Shown piece by piece: positions 20,883 to 33,562 of a DNA stretch of 64,000 bases (within the stretch, counting starts at the first letter, position 1; every line of letters starts with the position of its first letter). The translations under genes and the position numbers were made by a program. The stretch lies in NCBI GenBank assembly GCA_963695555.1, contig CAVOGR010000005.1, positions 96,001-160,000 of the forward strand. The letters run 5' to 3'. Under the pieces are notes generated by a model. The model searched no databases and had not been told where the DNA came from. It was given only the letters and a program-made list of their open reading frames with translations. Origin of the DNA: an uncultured Gemmatimonadales bacterium (lineage in GTDB: Bacteria > Gemmatimonadota > Gemmatimonadetes > Gemmatimonadales > GWC2-71-9).

Positions 20883-21734
20883 ATGTCACCTGCGCCGGAT
20901 CGCTCGCACACCAATCGTGACACCACGCTGTTTCTGATCTGCATCATCATCTCCGGGGCCTTCCTCTTTACGCCACCGCCGCAGGCGGACGCGGTCGCCA
21001 CGTTTGTGCGTGGGACCGTCTTGCTTCCGTTGGTGGAGCTGCAACAACGCGCCGAGGAAGGCAAGACGAGCCGGTCCCGCTTCCAGGCCCTGCAGGCCGA
21101 GCGCGACTCCTTGGTTACGGAGGCGCAGGCACTGCCGGTGCTCGAAGCCGAGAATGCCAGGCTTCGCCGACTGTTCAGCCTCCGCGAGCGCTTGGCGACG
21201 CCGTTCGTCGCGGCCGAGGTCCTGCATCAGGCTCAGGTAACGGATGGACTCACGCTGCTCCTGAGCAGCGGGTCGGACGACGGGGTGGCCGAGTACCAAC
21301 CGGTGATTGCCCCGGAAGGGCTGGTCGGCGTGACCCGGGGCGTTGAACGCCGGGCGAGCACGGCCACGACGTGGGCCCATCCCGAGTTCCGCGCCAGCGC
21401 CATCACGAACGATGGTGAAGTGTCAGGGATCGTCGCGCCGTTCTTCCAAGCGTCGACCGGAACCCCGCTGCTCGAGCTTCGCGGTGTGCCGTACCGCGAC
21501 AGCGTCCCGCCTGGCACCCTGGTGCTCACGTCGGGACTGGGCGGGATCTATCCCAAGGGAATCCCGATCGGCACCATTGCAGGGGTGGCACGCGAGTCCG
21601 CCGGATGGGAACGGGTGTATGTGGTGCGACCAATGGTCAATCCGGGCTCGGTGAGCCACGTGTTGATTCTGACCGGTGCGCTGCGCCGGCCCGTTGCGGA
21701 CGCATTCCCGCCTGATTCAGGGCCCGATGACTGA
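20883..21734 (+). CDS. mreC: Rod shape-determining protein MreC
   Basis: N-terminal TM, coiled coil ENARLRRL, TSGLGGIYPKGIPIG; position after mreB. Confidence 0.9.
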   Translation: MSPAPDRSHTNRDTTLFLICIIISGAFLFTPPPQADAVATFVRGTVLLPLVELQQRAEEGKTSRSRFQALQAERDSLVTEAQALPVLEAENARLRRLFSLRERLATPFVAAEVLHQAQVTDGLTLLLSSGSDDGVAEYQPVIAPEGLVGVTRGVERRASTATTWAHPEFRASAITNDGEVSGIVAPFFQASTGTPLLELRGVPYRDSVPPGTLVLTSGLGGIYPKGIPIGTIAGVARESAGWERVYVVRPMVNPGSVSHVLILTGALRRPVADAFPPDSGPDD

Positions 21735-22221
21735 CCGCGGCACGCGATACCGTTTCGGCCTGGTCATCCTCATCCTGGTCGGGCTGCATTTCTACCTCCG
21801 GCCGCGGCTCTGGGATGCGCGAATTGCGCCCGATTTTCTCATGCTGGCCCTCATGCTGTATGCCATCCGCACGCGGCCGGGAAATGCTGCCGTGGCCGGG
21901 TTTCTCGTCGGAATCACGGCAGACGCGTTGACCCCGGCCCGCTTTGGCGCAGGCGCGCTGGCTCATACGTTGGTCGGATACCTCGCGGCCTGGGGCAGGG
22001 CCGTTTTCTTCGCCGATAACCTCTTGGTCCATGCCGGATTCATCGGGGCCGGCGTCTGGCTGCGGAATCTGGTCGTGCTGGTATCGAGCGGGGCCAGCGC
22101 GCGCCAGGTGCTGGTGAATCTCGTGACGTGGTCGCCGCTGCAGGCGCTCTCGACCGCCGTGGCCGGCGTGATCATCTTGATCGTCTTCCGAGACTGGCTG
22201 TCCATCCGGCTCGACGAATGA
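21727..22221 (+). CDS. mreD: Rod shape-determining protein MreD
   Basis: Small multi-TM protein with PDF and GFLVG..D motifs, between mreC and mrdA. Confidence 0.88.
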   Translation: MTDRGTRYRFGLVILILVGLHFYLRPRLWDARIAPDFLMLALMLYAIRTRPGNAAVAGFLVGITADALTPARFGAGALAHTLVGYLAAWGRAVFFADNLLVHAGFIGAGVWLRNLVVLVSSGASARQVLVNLVTWSPLQALSTAVAGVIILIVFRDWLSIRLDE

Positions 22222-24119
22222 GCGACTTCGATTCCCGTCGACTTCGCGAACGGGCACGCTGGACCCAGTGGGTGCTGGTCGGAGCCTTCGCGATCCTGCT
22301 CGGCGCCTTCTTCCGGTTGCAGGTCATCGAGCACGAGCGCTATCGACTTCGCGCAGAGCACAATCGCATCCGCCCCGTTCCACTGACACCGCCGCGCGGC
22401 CTCATTCTCGATCGACATGGCGAGGTCATTGCCGAGAATGTGCCAGGGTTTGCGGTCAAGCTGCTTGCCTCGTCAGAGGATTCCTTACGGTCGGTATTGC
22501 GGCGTGTCAGGCAGATCGTGGACATCGATAGCAGTCTGGTGGAGCAGGTTGTCAGACGGTTTCGCCGCGCTCCCCACCTGCCGGTCGTCCTGGTGGCCGA
22601 CGGCTCCTTTGAGATGGTCTCGCGACTCGAGGAGCATCGCTCACTCCTGCCGGGGCTCGTCATCGAATCGGAGCCCAAGCGGTGGTACCCCGACGGACCT
22701 GCGGTGGCCCATCTCATCGGGTTCATCGGGGAAGTGAGCGAACGCGATCTCGACCAGGGGCGATACCCAGGGGCCGACCCAGGCACGCTCGTCGGCCGAT
22801 CCGGGTTGGAAGAGGAATACGACCAGCAGCTGCGCGGGCGCCCGGGGGTGCGCTACATCGAAGTGAGCGCCGGGGGCCAGCTGGTTCGCGAGGAGGGGGT
22901 TGCGCCAGCGGTGCCCCCCGTCAGTGGCACTGCCGTGACGACGACCGTGGACCTGGGACTGCAGCGTTTCGTCGATAGTCTGTGGCAGGCGGACCTGCCC
23001 GGCGTGCGCGGCGGGTTGGTGGCACTCACACCGGCGGGAGAAATCCTCGCCCTCTATTCCTCGCCGTCGTTCGATCCCAACATGTTCATCGGCGGGATCT
23101 CGCGCGAGGACTGGCAGGCCCTCCGGGCGGACTCCACTCACCCCCTCATCAATCGCGTCATTCAAGCGCGTTATCCGCCTGCCTCGCCGTTCAAGCTCGC
23201 GATCGCCGCAATGGCGCTCCGCAAGGGCGTGGTCGACTACCGCTCGCGGATGCCACAGCCCTGCCGCGGCGGCATCCAGCTCGGGAATCGCTTCTTTCGC
23301 TGCTGGAAGCGTGAAGGTCACGGCAGCCTGGACCTGGTGGGTGCGATCGAGAAGAGCTGCGACGTGTATTTCTATCAGCTCGGCGCCCGGCTCGGGATCG
23401 ACGCCATCCTGTCCGAGGGAGTGTCCTTGGGATTCCGCGACCGAAGCGGGATCGACCTCCCGGGTGAGATGAGTCCCATCTTTCCCGCGTCGACCGCCTA
23501 CTTCGATCGGGCCTACGGCTCGCGCGGGTGGAGTCGGGCCGGGGCCGAGTTCAATTTCGCGATCGGGCAAGGTGAGAACACGCAGACCCTGATCAACATG
23601 GTCAAGTTCTATCAGGCGCTGGCCGGGAACGGAACAGCGATCCCGCCGCACCTCGTGGGGACGGCAGCCGGCCAGCCCCGTGACCTGGCCCTCGCCCCGG
23701 AAGTCCTCGAGGTCCTCCGGCGCGCCATGCTCCAGGTGGTGGAGACCGGGACCGCCGTCCGGAGCCGTCAAGCAGGCTTGAAGGTGGCCGGGAAGACCGG
23801 AACGGCACAGAATGCCCATGGAGACGACCACGGGTGGTTCGTTGGGTTCGGGCCGGTTGAGCAACCTCAGATCATCGTGGGGGCCATCATGGAGTATGCC
23901 AAGCACGGCTCCTCGGTTGCGCCCTACGTCGTGAAAACCCTTCGGCGCTTCGTGTTGGGACCGGAATCCGCCTCCGGCAAGGATCTCGGCCAGTTGAGCC
24001 AGGAGGCGCCGCAAGACACCGCGCCGCGCTGGGTCCCGATCTCGCCGGACAGCGCCGTCACGCCGCTGCCAACCCTGCCCGCCGAGTCCACCTACGCGCC
24101 GGTGGTGCCGCTGCCATGA
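22218..24119 (+). CDS. mrdA: Penicillin-binding protein 2
   Basis: RGLILDRHG, SxxK (ASPFK), SCD, KTGTAQ. Confidence 0.93.
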   Translation: MSDFDSRRLRERARWTQWVLVGAFAILLGAFFRLQVIEHERYRLRAEHNRIRPVPLTPPRGLILDRHGEVIAENVPGFAVKLLASSEDSLRSVLRRVRQIVDIDSSLVEQVVRRFRRAPHLPVVLVADGSFEMVSRLEEHRSLLPGLVIESEPKRWYPDGPAVAHLIGFIGEVSERDLDQGRYPGADPGTLVGRSGLEEEYDQQLRGRPGVRYIEVSAGGQLVREEGVAPAVPPVSGTAVTTTVDLGLQRFVDSLWQADLPGVRGGLVALTPAGEILALYSSPSFDPNMFIGGISREDWQALRADSTHPLINRVIQARYPPASPFKLAIAAMALRKGVVDYRSRMPQPCRGGIQLGNRFFRCWKREGHGSLDLVGAIEKSCDVYFYQLGARLGIDAILSEGVSLGFRDRSGIDLPGEMSPIFPASTAYFDRAYGSRGWSRAGAEFNFAIGQGENTQTLINMVKFYQALAGNGTAIPPHLVGTAAGQPRDLALAPEVLEVLRRAMLQVVETGTAVRSRQAGLKVAGKTGTAQNAHGDDHGWFVGFGPVEQPQIIVGAIMEYAKHGSSVAPYVVKTLRRFVLGPESASGKDLGQLSQEAPQDTAPRWVPISPDSAVTPLPTLPAESTYAPVVPLP

Positions 24120-25357
24120 GAACCGTGGGACTCGATCGTCCGCTCATCCTCACCAGCACGCTCCTGCTGGCGTTCGGTCTGACGATCCTCTACTCAGCCG
24201 GGCAAACCGATGTGTCGAGCCTCGCGTCAGGTGCCTGGCAGCGCCAACTGGCCTGGGCACTCATTGGCTTGGGAGCCGGTGCGGCGATCTTCCGCGTTTC
24301 GTTTCGGGTGCTCGAGTGGAGCGCTCCTGCGCTCTACGGCCTCGCGGTCTTCTTGCTCGTGCTGGTCCTGATCATTGGCACCGGTGCGGGGACCGCTGCC
24401 GGCAGCAAGAGCTGGCTGACGATTGGCGGATACCGACTCGGGCAGCCCGCCGAGTTCGCCAAGCTTGCAGCCGTCATCATGCTAGCCAAATACCTGGCCG
24501 GCCTGCGCGACCCGCCCGAGTCTCTGCGTGGACTGGTCACCCCATGTCTCATCGCGGGAGTGCCGTTCCTCCTCGTGCTCCGGCAACCGGATCTCGGGAG
24601 CGCCATGGTCTTTGGCGGCATCCTGCTCGCGATGTTGTACTGGAGGGGGACCCGGCCGTGGCTCCTGGTCCTCCTCCTTTCACCCGTAGTCAGCCTGCTG
24701 TCCGCATTCAATGCAATGGTCTGGGGCGTCTGGATGGTGCTGTTGGCCATCCTCCTGCTGATCTGGCGGCCATACCTGGTCGAGGGTATCACGGTCTACG
24801 TCATCAACATGGCCATGGGTGCCATCGCCATCCCAATCTGGAAACGGCTCGCGCCCTATCAACAGAACCGCTTGCTTACCTTCCTCAATCCCGAGGTCGA
24901 TCCCACGGCGGCAGGATACCACGCGATCCAGTCCAAGGTGGCCATCGGGTCCGGCGGCTGGCTGGGCAACGGCTTCCTCCAAGGACCGCAGAAGCGGCTG
25001 GCCTTCCTGCCGGAGCAGCACACCGATTTCATCTTTCCCGTCCTCGGAGAGGAACTCGGCTTCCTCGGCGTCGCGGCGGCTCTTGCCCTGTTCTTCCTGT
25101 TCTTTCTGGTGATCCTGCGAATCGCACGTCGTTCCCCGGACCCGTTCTCGAGCCTCGTGGCGTTCGGGCTACTCGGCCTCTATTTCACCCACGTCTTCGA
25201 GAACGTCGGCATGACGGCCAACATCATGCCCATCACGGGTATCCCGCTGCCGTTCTTTTCCTATGGCGGCTCGTTCCTGCTGGTGACGTTCATGGCGCTC
25301 GGCCTCCTCCTTCGGGTCGCCTGGGACTCCCAGCTTGGTGGGTATCTCGATATTTAG
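24116..25357 (+). CDS. rodA: Rod shape-determining protein RodA (SEDS family)
   Basis: QPAEFAK, QPDLG, PEQHTDFIF, TGIPLPFFSYGGS. Confidence 0.93.
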   Translation: MRTVGLDRPLILTSTLLLAFGLTILYSAGQTDVSSLASGAWQRQLAWALIGLGAGAAIFRVSFRVLEWSAPALYGLAVFLLVLVLIIGTGAGTAAGSKSWLTIGGYRLGQPAEFAKLAAVIMLAKYLAGLRDPPESLRGLVTPCLIAGVPFLLVLRQPDLGSAMVFGGILLAMLYWRGTRPWLLVLLLSPVVSLLSAFNAMVWGVWMVLLAILLLIWRPYLVEGITVYVINMAMGAIAIPIWKRLAPYQQNRLLTFLNPEVDPTAAGYHAIQSKVAIGSGGWLGNGFLQGPQKRLAFLPEQHTDFIFPVLGEELGFLGVAAALALFFLFFLVILRIARRSPDPFSSLVAFGLLGLYFTHVFENVGMTANIMPITGIPLPFFSYGGSFLLVTFMALGLLLRVAWDSQLGGYLDI

Positions 25358-25476
25358 CAAGGACTTACAGATCTAGGCCTGGCGCAGAACCGCTTCCGAC
25401 CCAAGATTGTACGGGTGCCCGTGCCCCCTCTCGGTAGGACCCAACCCCCTCTTCCAGCCATGAGCCCATGCCAGTG

Positions 25477-26343
25477 ATGGCCTGGTTTAAGAAGGAACGG
25501 AAGCCTCGACCTGCTCAGCGGCAGCGTCGCGAGATCCCGCCCGATGCGTGGGAGAAATGCGAGAAGTGCGGCCACGTTGACATTCGGGAACGCTTCGACC
25601 GGAGCCTCAATGTCTGTCCGGAATGTGGCCACCACCGCCGCCTGTCAGCCGAAGAGTATATCGACCTGCTGGCCGATGAGGGCTCATGGCGCGAGCGATA
25701 CGACAAGCTCCGGTCCACCGATCCCTTGGGGTTCGAGAACTACCGCGATCGGCTCAACACCGCCTACGCAAAGGTGGGTCACTCCGAGGCTGTGTACACC
25801 GGGCTGTGCCGGATCGATGGGATGCCCTGCAATCTGGCCGTGATGAACTTTCGCTTCATGGGCGGGTCCATGGGCTCGGTGGTTGGGGAGAAGATCGCAC
25901 GCCTGACTCGCCACGCCGCGGAAAAGAAGCGACCGCTGATCATCGTTTCGACTTCGGGCGGTGCGCGCATGCAGGAAGGCGTTCTCTCGCTGATGCAGAT
26001 GGCCAAGACGTCGGCCGCCATCGCCGAATTGAATGCCCTCGCCGTCCCCTTCATTTCCATCCTGACCAATCCGACCACAGGGGGTGTCTCCGCCTCCTTC
26101 GCGATGCAGGGAGACGTGATTGTCGCAGAGCCGGGCGCCGTGATCGGCTTTGCCGGTCCTCGGGTCATCAAGCAGACCATCGGACAAGACCTACCCGAGG
26201 GATTTCAGACCGCGGAATTTCTCCTGGAGCATGGGCAAATCGATCAGGTCATTGCCCGCGGCTCACTCAGGGACACCACGGCCCGACTCCTGCGTCACAT
26301 GCAGCGCGTCCCGCCGCGTGACGAGCCGACCGACGTCGTTTGA
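25477..26343 (+). CDS. accD: Acetyl-CoA carboxylase carboxyltransferase beta subunit
   Basis: Zinc ribbon CEKC..CPEC, FMGGSMGSVVGE, SGGARMQEG, GFAGPRVI. Confidence 0.95.
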   Translation: MAWFKKERKPRPAQRQRREIPPDAWEKCEKCGHVDIRERFDRSLNVCPECGHHRRLSAEEYIDLLADEGSWRERYDKLRSTDPLGFENYRDRLNTAYAKVGHSEAVYTGLCRIDGMPCNLAVMNFRFMGGSMGSVVGEKIARLTRHAAEKKRPLIIVSTSGGARMQEGVLSLMQMAKTSAAIAELNALAVPFISILTNPTTGGVSASFAMQGDVIVAEPGAVIGFAGPRVIKQTIGQDLPEGFQTAEFLLEHGQIDQVIARGSLRDTTARLLRHMQRVPPRDEPTDVV

Positions 26344-26386
26344 TCGCTCGGGTGCTCGCCCGGCCACCCTCGCCGCTCCATCCTTC

Positions 26387-27628
26387 ATGCCGCTCACCTA
26401 CGATGACGCGCTGGCGTTCCTGTTCCCGCGTACCACCACCATCAAGTTCGGGCTCGACACCACCCGGGCCTTGCTGGACGGGCTTGGGAACCCGCAGAAC
26501 CAGTTCGTCTCCCTGCACATCGGGGGAACCAACGGGAAAGGGAGCGTCGCTGCCCTCGTCGCCTCGGCACTCCGTGAGGCCGGTTGGACGGTGGGACTCT
26601 ACACTTCCCCTCATCTCTGTTCCTTCCGCGAGCGAATCGTCGTTGATGGAATTCCCATCAGCGAATCGGCAGTGGCCATGTGGACCGAGCGGCTCCAGCC
26701 GGAGCTGATCCGACGAGAAGCAACGTTTTTCGAGACGACGAGTGTCATCGCCTTTGCCGACTTCGCCGCGCGCGGCGCCGAGATAGGCGTCGTGGAGGTC
26801 GGATTGGGCGGCCGGCTCGACAGCACCAACGTGCTGGCCCCCCTCGTGAGCGGCATCACCCGCATCGCGCGGGATCACATGAAATACCTGGGCGACAGCC
26901 TGGCGGACATCGCTCGTGAGAAGGCCGGCATCGCGAAGCCCGGCGTTCCATTCATCGTGGGTGAGGAAGACCCGGCTGTCGTCGCTGTGCTGTGCGAGGA
27001 GGCCCGGCGCGCGGTCGAGGCGGCGTCCGCCGGCGCCAGGGCGGATATCCGCGTCATCCCACCGGACCGGCGCTGGGGGGGTGCGCTTGGCCTGGCCGGC
27101 GAGCATCAGCGGCGTAACGCGGTTGTGGCGGAGGCCATGCTGGCGGCGCTCCCGGCCCCATACCGCCCCTCTCCCGGTCACGTTGGACGCGGGTTCGCCA
27201 CGACGCGGCTCCCTGGGCGGCTTCAACATCATGGGAAGTGGCTGTTCGATGTCGCACACAATCCCAATGGGGTCGAGACGCTGGTGGCCGCCATCGGGTC
27301 ACTCGAGCCGCCGCGCCCGCTCAACGCGCTGGTATCGATCCTGGGCGACAAGGAGTGGGCCGAGATGCTAATCATGCTCGACACGGTCATCGACCGGGGC
27401 GTCCTTACGATGGCCCCGACTGCCGCGGCTCGGGGTTGGAGTGTGGACTGGCTCGATCGGTGGCTTGCCGACCAGACCCGCCCGCCCGCCCGGGCCAGTT
27501 GGAGGCTCATTCCGGACTTCGAGGAAGCCGTGCGGGAGGTCCAGCGTGATGCCCGGACCGTGCTGGTCACAGGGTCCTTCCACACGGTCGGGGACGTGAT
27601 GAACGTGCTGGGACTCGCCCCACTCTGA
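26387..27628 (+). CDS. folC: Folylpolyglutamate synthase/dihydrofolate synthase
   Basis: GTNGKGS, YTSPHL, EVGLGGRLDSTN, DVAHNP. Confidence 0.93.
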   Translation: MPLTYDDALAFLFPRTTTIKFGLDTTRALLDGLGNPQNQFVSLHIGGTNGKGSVAALVASALREAGWTVGLYTSPHLCSFRERIVVDGIPISESAVAMWTERLQPELIRREATFFETTSVIAFADFAARGAEIGVVEVGLGGRLDSTNVLAPLVSGITRIARDHMKYLGDSLADIAREKAGIAKPGVPFIVGEEDPAVVAVLCEEARRAVEAASAGARADIRVIPPDRRWGGALGLAGEHQRRNAVVAEAMLAALPAPYRPSPGHVGRGFATTRLPGRLQHHGKWLFDVAHNPNGVETLVAAIGSLEPPRPLNALVSILGDKEWAEMLIMLDTVIDRGVLTMAPTAAARGWSVDWLDRWLADQTRPPARASWRLIPDFEEAVREVQRDARTVLVTGSFHTVGDVMNVLGLAPL

Positions 27629-27712
27629 CGCGGGGCCCCCCACCATGGGGTGAATGCGCGATCCCGCCGTCGTTTTCTGACGCTCGGCAGGATGGAGGTG
27701 GGCAGCGGGGGA

Positions 27713-27721
27713 TGCTATCTT
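27713..27721 (+). promoter_or_regulatory. Extended -10 element, probable leaderless hisS promoter
   Basis: TG-C-TATCTT located 7 nt before ATG 27729; no Shine-Dalgarno in between. Confidence 0.5.
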
Positions 27722-27728
27722 CCCCGGC

Positions 27729-29027
27729 ATGTCATTTCAGGCCCTGCCGGGCTTTCGCGATTTTTACCCCGATGCCATGGCCCTGCGCTCTCACATCTTC
27801 GCCACCTGGCGGAGGGTGGCGGCGAGCTATGGGTTCGAGGAGTTCGACGGCCCGCCCTTGGAGCCGCTCGAACTTTTCACGGCCAAGAGCGGCCAGGAAA
27901 TCGTCGATCAGCTCTACGCCTTCGAGGATAAGGGCGGGAGGGCCGTTGCACTCCGTCCCGAGATGACACCCACCCTGGCACGGATGGTGGGTGCGCGCGG
28001 GAACGCCCTCAAGAAGCCGATCCGATGGTTTGCGATTTCCCAGCTGTTCCGCTACGAGCGCCAACAGCGCGGCCGGCTGCGCGAGCATTTTCAGCTCAAC
28101 TGCGATATCCTCGGTGAGACGGGCCCCGCTGCCGATGCGGAGATCATCGCGCTTGCGCTCGATGCCATGCGGGCGTTCGGATTGACGTCGGCCGACGTCC
28201 GGGCCCGCATCTCGGATCGTCGAGTGCTCGAGGCCTTGCTCCGCGGTGCAGGCATTGCCGACGACCGGATGCCCGCCGCGTTTCAGGCGATCGACAAGGT
28301 CGAACGGATGAGCCGTCCGCGCCTGACCGCGATGCTGACGGAGCACGGGCATGCGCCGAAGGACATCGAGGCCATCTTTCAGGTCGCAGAGCTTCGTACG
28401 TGGGATGCTCTCGCGGAGGCGTTGGATCGTGTTTCGGGGGGCGAGGACGTGGGTCGCCCGCTCCGTACGGTCATGGACGCCCTGGAAGCCATGGGGCTTG
28501 GGTCGTTTGTGGACCTGGATCTGTCGATCGTGCGAGGGCTCGACTACTACACCGGTATCGTCTTTGAATTGTTCGATGCGGGGAAGACGTTCCGGGCCAT
28601 TTGTGGAGGCGGCCGCTACGACACCTTGCTGAAAGCGCTGGGCGGCACCGACCTTCCCGCACTCGGGTTCGGCATGGGTGACGTTGTGCTCGGAGACCTC
28701 TTGGCTGACCGTGGCTTGGTGCCTCCGCCCACCCCCAGCATCGACGTGTTCGTCGCCGGGGCGACTGATGAAGATCTGTCGGATCTCCTCGGGTTGGTCC
28801 ACGCGCTGCGTGACCGTGGTATCCGGGTCGAGTACAGCTTCAGGGGGGCGAGTCTCGGCAAGCAGCTCGGCCTCGCGGCATCACGGGGAGCGAGACTCGC
28901 GGTCGTCATCGGGCCGGATGACCGGGCACGGGGCGAAGTCGTGATCAAGAACCTGACGGACGGCTCCCAGCGCTCGGTAGCTCGTGCCGCCGCGGTGGAC
29001 GAACTCGCCAGCCTGCTCGCCGGATGA
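27729..29027 (+). CDS. hisS: Histidine--tRNA ligase
   Basis: LRPEMT, FRYERQQRGRLREHFQ, VRGLDYYTG, GGGRYD. Confidence 0.96.
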   Translation: MSFQALPGFRDFYPDAMALRSHIFATWRRVAASYGFEEFDGPPLEPLELFTAKSGQEIVDQLYAFEDKGGRAVALRPEMTPTLARMVGARGNALKKPIRWFAISQLFRYERQQRGRLREHFQLNCDILGETGPAADAEIIALALDAMRAFGLTSADVRARISDRRVLEALLRGAGIADDRMPAAFQAIDKVERMSRPRLTAMLTEHGHAPKDIEAIFQVAELRTWDALAEALDRVSGGEDVGRPLRTVMDALEAMGLGSFVDLDLSIVRGLDYYTGIVFELFDAGKTFRAICGGGRYDTLLKALGGTDLPALGFGMGDVVLGDLLADRGLVPPPTPSIDVFVAGATDEDLSDLLGLVHALRDRGIRVEYSFRGASLGKQLGLAASRGARLAVVIGPDDRARGEVVIKNLTDGSQRSVARAAAVDELASLLAG

Positions 29028-29080
29028 ACACTCGCCGACCGAAGCCGGGCCTCGCCACATCACCTCTTTCGCGGATCTGA

Positions 29081-30544
<1,464 letters not shown>

Positions 30545-30545
<1 letters not shown>

Positions 30546-31858
30546 TGGGCAGGGCGGAGGCGATCTCGACGGTCGACGAGGGGATCTTGATGGCTGCCGC
30601 CGGACTGTCTCGGGCGGACGGCGTACTCGTCATGGGAGGGGTGTCGCTTAGCCAGATTGCGGAGACGGTCGGGACTCCGGCGTACGTCTACAATGCCGAG
30701 GCGATCCGCGAGCGCTACCGGCAACTGACCGATGCCTTTCAGGGGGTTCCGCACCGGGTGTGCTACGCCGTCAAGGCCAATAGCTCGTTGGCTGTCCTCG
30801 GACTCATGCGCGAGTTGGGAGCCGGAGCCGACCTGGTGTCGGCGGGCGAGATGCACCGGGCTCTCGCTGCCGGATTCTCTCCAGAAACATTGGTGTTCAG
30901 CGGCGTCGGGAAGACCACGCTGGAGCTTCGCCAGGCCATCGAGGCAGGGGTCGGCCAAATCAATGTCGAATCCCAGGAGGAACTCGCTCGCCTGGGGCGT
31001 ATTGCTGAAGAGTTGAGACGGCCCGTCTCGCTGGGCCTCCGGGTGAATCCTGACATTGCCACGGCCACCCACCCATACATCGCAACGGGCGACTCGGGTG
31101 CGAAGTTCGGGATTCCCCAAGGTCAAGTTCCGGCTGCCGGGGAGTACATCAATCGCCACCCCCAGCTCACCCTCTCCTGCCTCGCCATGCATCTCGGCAG
31201 CCAGTTGGTCGAGGTAGCACCCTACGTGCGCGGCGTGACGACCCTTCTCGAACTGAACGATGCACTTCGCCGTGATGGCATCGATACGGTCACCGTGCTC
31301 GACATCGGCGGCGGGTTCGGAATTCCGTACGATGGTGGACCGGGGATCGACATTCGGGCCGTGGGTGAGGCAGTGCGGGCGCTGCTCGCCACCACCGCGT
31401 TCGAGGTCATGATCGAACCCGGACGATTCCTGGTCGGCAACGCGGGCGTGCTCCTAGCCGAGGTGCAATACCGCAAGCGGGTGGGCAGCAAGACGTTCCT
31501 CGTGCTCGACAGTGGGATGAACGACCTGCTTCGTCCGGCCCTCTATCGGGCCTACCACCATGTAGTCGAGCTGGAAGCCCATGCGCGAGCAGAGGAAGAC
31601 GTGGACGTGGTCGGACCCGCCTGCGAGACCGGAGATTTCCTGGCGCTCGGCCGACGCTTGCCCATGATCGAGGCGGGAGAACGTCTCGCGGTGCTTGGAA
31701 CCGGTGCCTACGGCTTCGTCATGAGCTCGAACTACAACACGAGACCACGAGCCGCCGAGGTGCTGGTGGACGGTGACCGGTTCGGCATCGCTCGGCGACG
31801 GGAGTCCGTGGCCGACCTGCTCCGTGGCGAGACCGTCGATCCACTGTCGCCTGCATAA
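30545..31858 (+). CDS. lysA: Diaminopimelate decarboxylase
   Basis: YAVKAN (PLP lysine), [35 protein letters not shown]; start may be 30545 or 30589. Confidence 0.93.
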
Positions 31859-31886
31859 CTACGCAGCCCCAAAGAGCACCACACAC

Positions 31887-33443
31887 ATGAGCCTGCGCCA
31901 CAACGGCATTCTGATCATCGACTTCGGGTCCCAGTACACCCAACTGATCGCGCGCCGCGTGCGCGAGGCCCACGTCTATTCGGAGATCCATCCGCCGACC
32001 CACGACATCGCATGGATCCGCGAGTGGAACCCCAAAGGCATCATCCTCTCGGGCGGACCAAGCTCCGTCTACGGCGAGAATGTCCCCACCGCGGATCCGG
32101 CGTTGCTCGACCTGGGTATCCCAGTGCTCGGCATTTGCTACGGCATGCAGTTGATGGCGCACCTGGCGGGAGGGAAGGTCATCCGGGCAACCCGGCGCGA
32201 GTATGGTCGGGCCACGGTGCGCGTCCAAGGCGAGCGGCTGTTCCGAGGCTTCGATGAAGGCGAGGACACGCTGGTGTGGATGAGCCACGGGGACCATGTC
32301 GACACGCCACCGCCAGGCTTCCGCGTCACCGCCTCGAGCGAAAATTCTCCGGTGGCGGCCATCGAGCACACAGACCGTCCGCTGTTCGGTGTGCAGTTCC
32401 ACCCGGAGGTGGCACATACCCCGCGTGGCGGGGAGATGCTGGAGAACTTCCTGTTCGACGTCTGCGGCTGCGAGCCCGATTGGACTCCGGGGCATTTCAT
32501 ACATCTCGAGGTGGAGCGGGTGCGCCAAATGGTGGGCCCCACCGACCGGGTCATCTGCGGCCTGTCGGGTGGCGTGGACTCCTCGGTGGCGGCGGTCCTG
32601 GTGCATCGGGCGGTCGGCGACCGCCTCACCTGCATCTTCGTCGATCACGGCCTACTCAGACTCCACGAACGAGAACAGGTCATCGATACCTTTCGGCGAC
32701 ATCAGGGGATCGATCTTCGCGTGGTCGATGCGGCGGACGTATTTCTCGAGCGGCTGAGCGGCGTCAGCGACCCGGAAGAAAAGCGCAAGCAGATCGGCTA
32801 CACCTTCATCGAGTTCTTCGAGCGGGAGGCCCGGGAGGTGGGGCCGGATGTCAGCTATCTGGTGCAGGGAACCCTCTACCCTGACGTCATCGAGTCGCTC
32901 TCGCCACTCGGCGGGCCCTCGGCCACCATCAAGACGCACCACAACGTGGGAGGCCTGCCCGACCGGCTGCCGTTCAAGCTGATCGAGCCGCTCCGGGAGT
33001 TGTTCAAGGACGAGGTCCGACAGGTCGGGCGCGAGCTGGGCCTGCCGCAGGAGATGGTGGGGCGGCATCCGTTCCCGGGCCCCGGGCTGGCCATCCGCAT
33101 TCTCGGTCCGGTGGTATCCGAGGACCTCGAGATGCTCCGCCAGGCGGACGCCATCTACCTCGAGGAGATTCGGGCCGCGGGGCTGTACGACGAGATCTGG
33201 CAGGCGTTCGCCGTCCTGCTCCCCATTCGGACCGTGGGGGTCCAAGGCGATGAGCGGAGCTACGATCGCGTCATCGCGCTTCGCGCTGTCACCAGCCGGG
33301 ACGGCATGACGGCCGATTGGTTCCCGTTCCCGCCGGAGGTATTGGCCCGCATCTCCAACCGAATCGCGAACGAGGTAGACGGGGTGAACCGGGTGGTCTA
33401 CGACGTGAGCTCGAAGCCGCCGGCGACGATCGAGTGGGAATAA
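31887..33443 (+). CDS. guaA: GMP synthase (glutamine-hydrolysing)
   Basis: [40 protein letters not shown]. Confidence 0.97.
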   Translation: MSLRHNGILIIDFGSQYTQLIARRVREAHVYSEIHPPTHDIAWIREWNPKGIILSGGPSSVYGENVPTADPALLDLGIPVLGICYGMQLMAHLAGGKVIRATRREYGRATVRVQGERLFRGFDEGEDTLVWMSHGDHVDTPPPGFRVTASSENSPVAAIEHTDRPLFGVQFHPEVAHTPRGGEMLENFLFDVCGCEPDWTPGHFIHLEVERVRQMVGPTDRVICGLSGGVDSSVAAVLVHRAVGDRLTCIFVDHGLLRLHEREQVIDTFRRHQGIDLRVVDAADVFLERLSGVSDPEEKRKQIGYTFIEFFEREAREVGPDVSYLVQGTLYPDVIESLSPLGGPSATIKTHHNVGGLPDRLPFKLIEPLRELFKDEVRQVGRELGLPQEMVGRHPFPGPGLAIRILGPVVSEDLEMLRQADAIYLEEIRAAGLYDEIWQAFAVLLPIRTVGVQGDERSYDRVIALRAVTSRDGMTADWFPFPPEVLARISNRIANEVDGVNRVVYDVSSKPPATIEWE

Positions 33444-33477
33444 ACGGAATGGAGTAGTGAGTAGGGTCGTAAGGAGT

Positions 33478-33533
33478 AGTGCAAGGAAACGGCGCCGGCA
33501 GCTCTCGAGCTGCCGGCGCCGCTTCCTTGTACT
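33478..33533. terminator. Long inverted repeat between convergent guaA and the metalloprotease gene
   Basis: CGGCGCCGGCAGCT-ctcg-AGCTGCCGGCGCCG core, extended by CAAGGAA/TTCCTTG and AGT/ACT. Confidence 0.65.
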
Positions 33534-33562
33534 GACTACCCTGCATTCCTACATCCTTTGCA

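Noticed and set aside
31859..31886. Riboswitch upstream of guaA (also lysA and the purine genes)
   Set aside because: Intergenic gaps are too short or the genes overlap; no aptamer consensus seen
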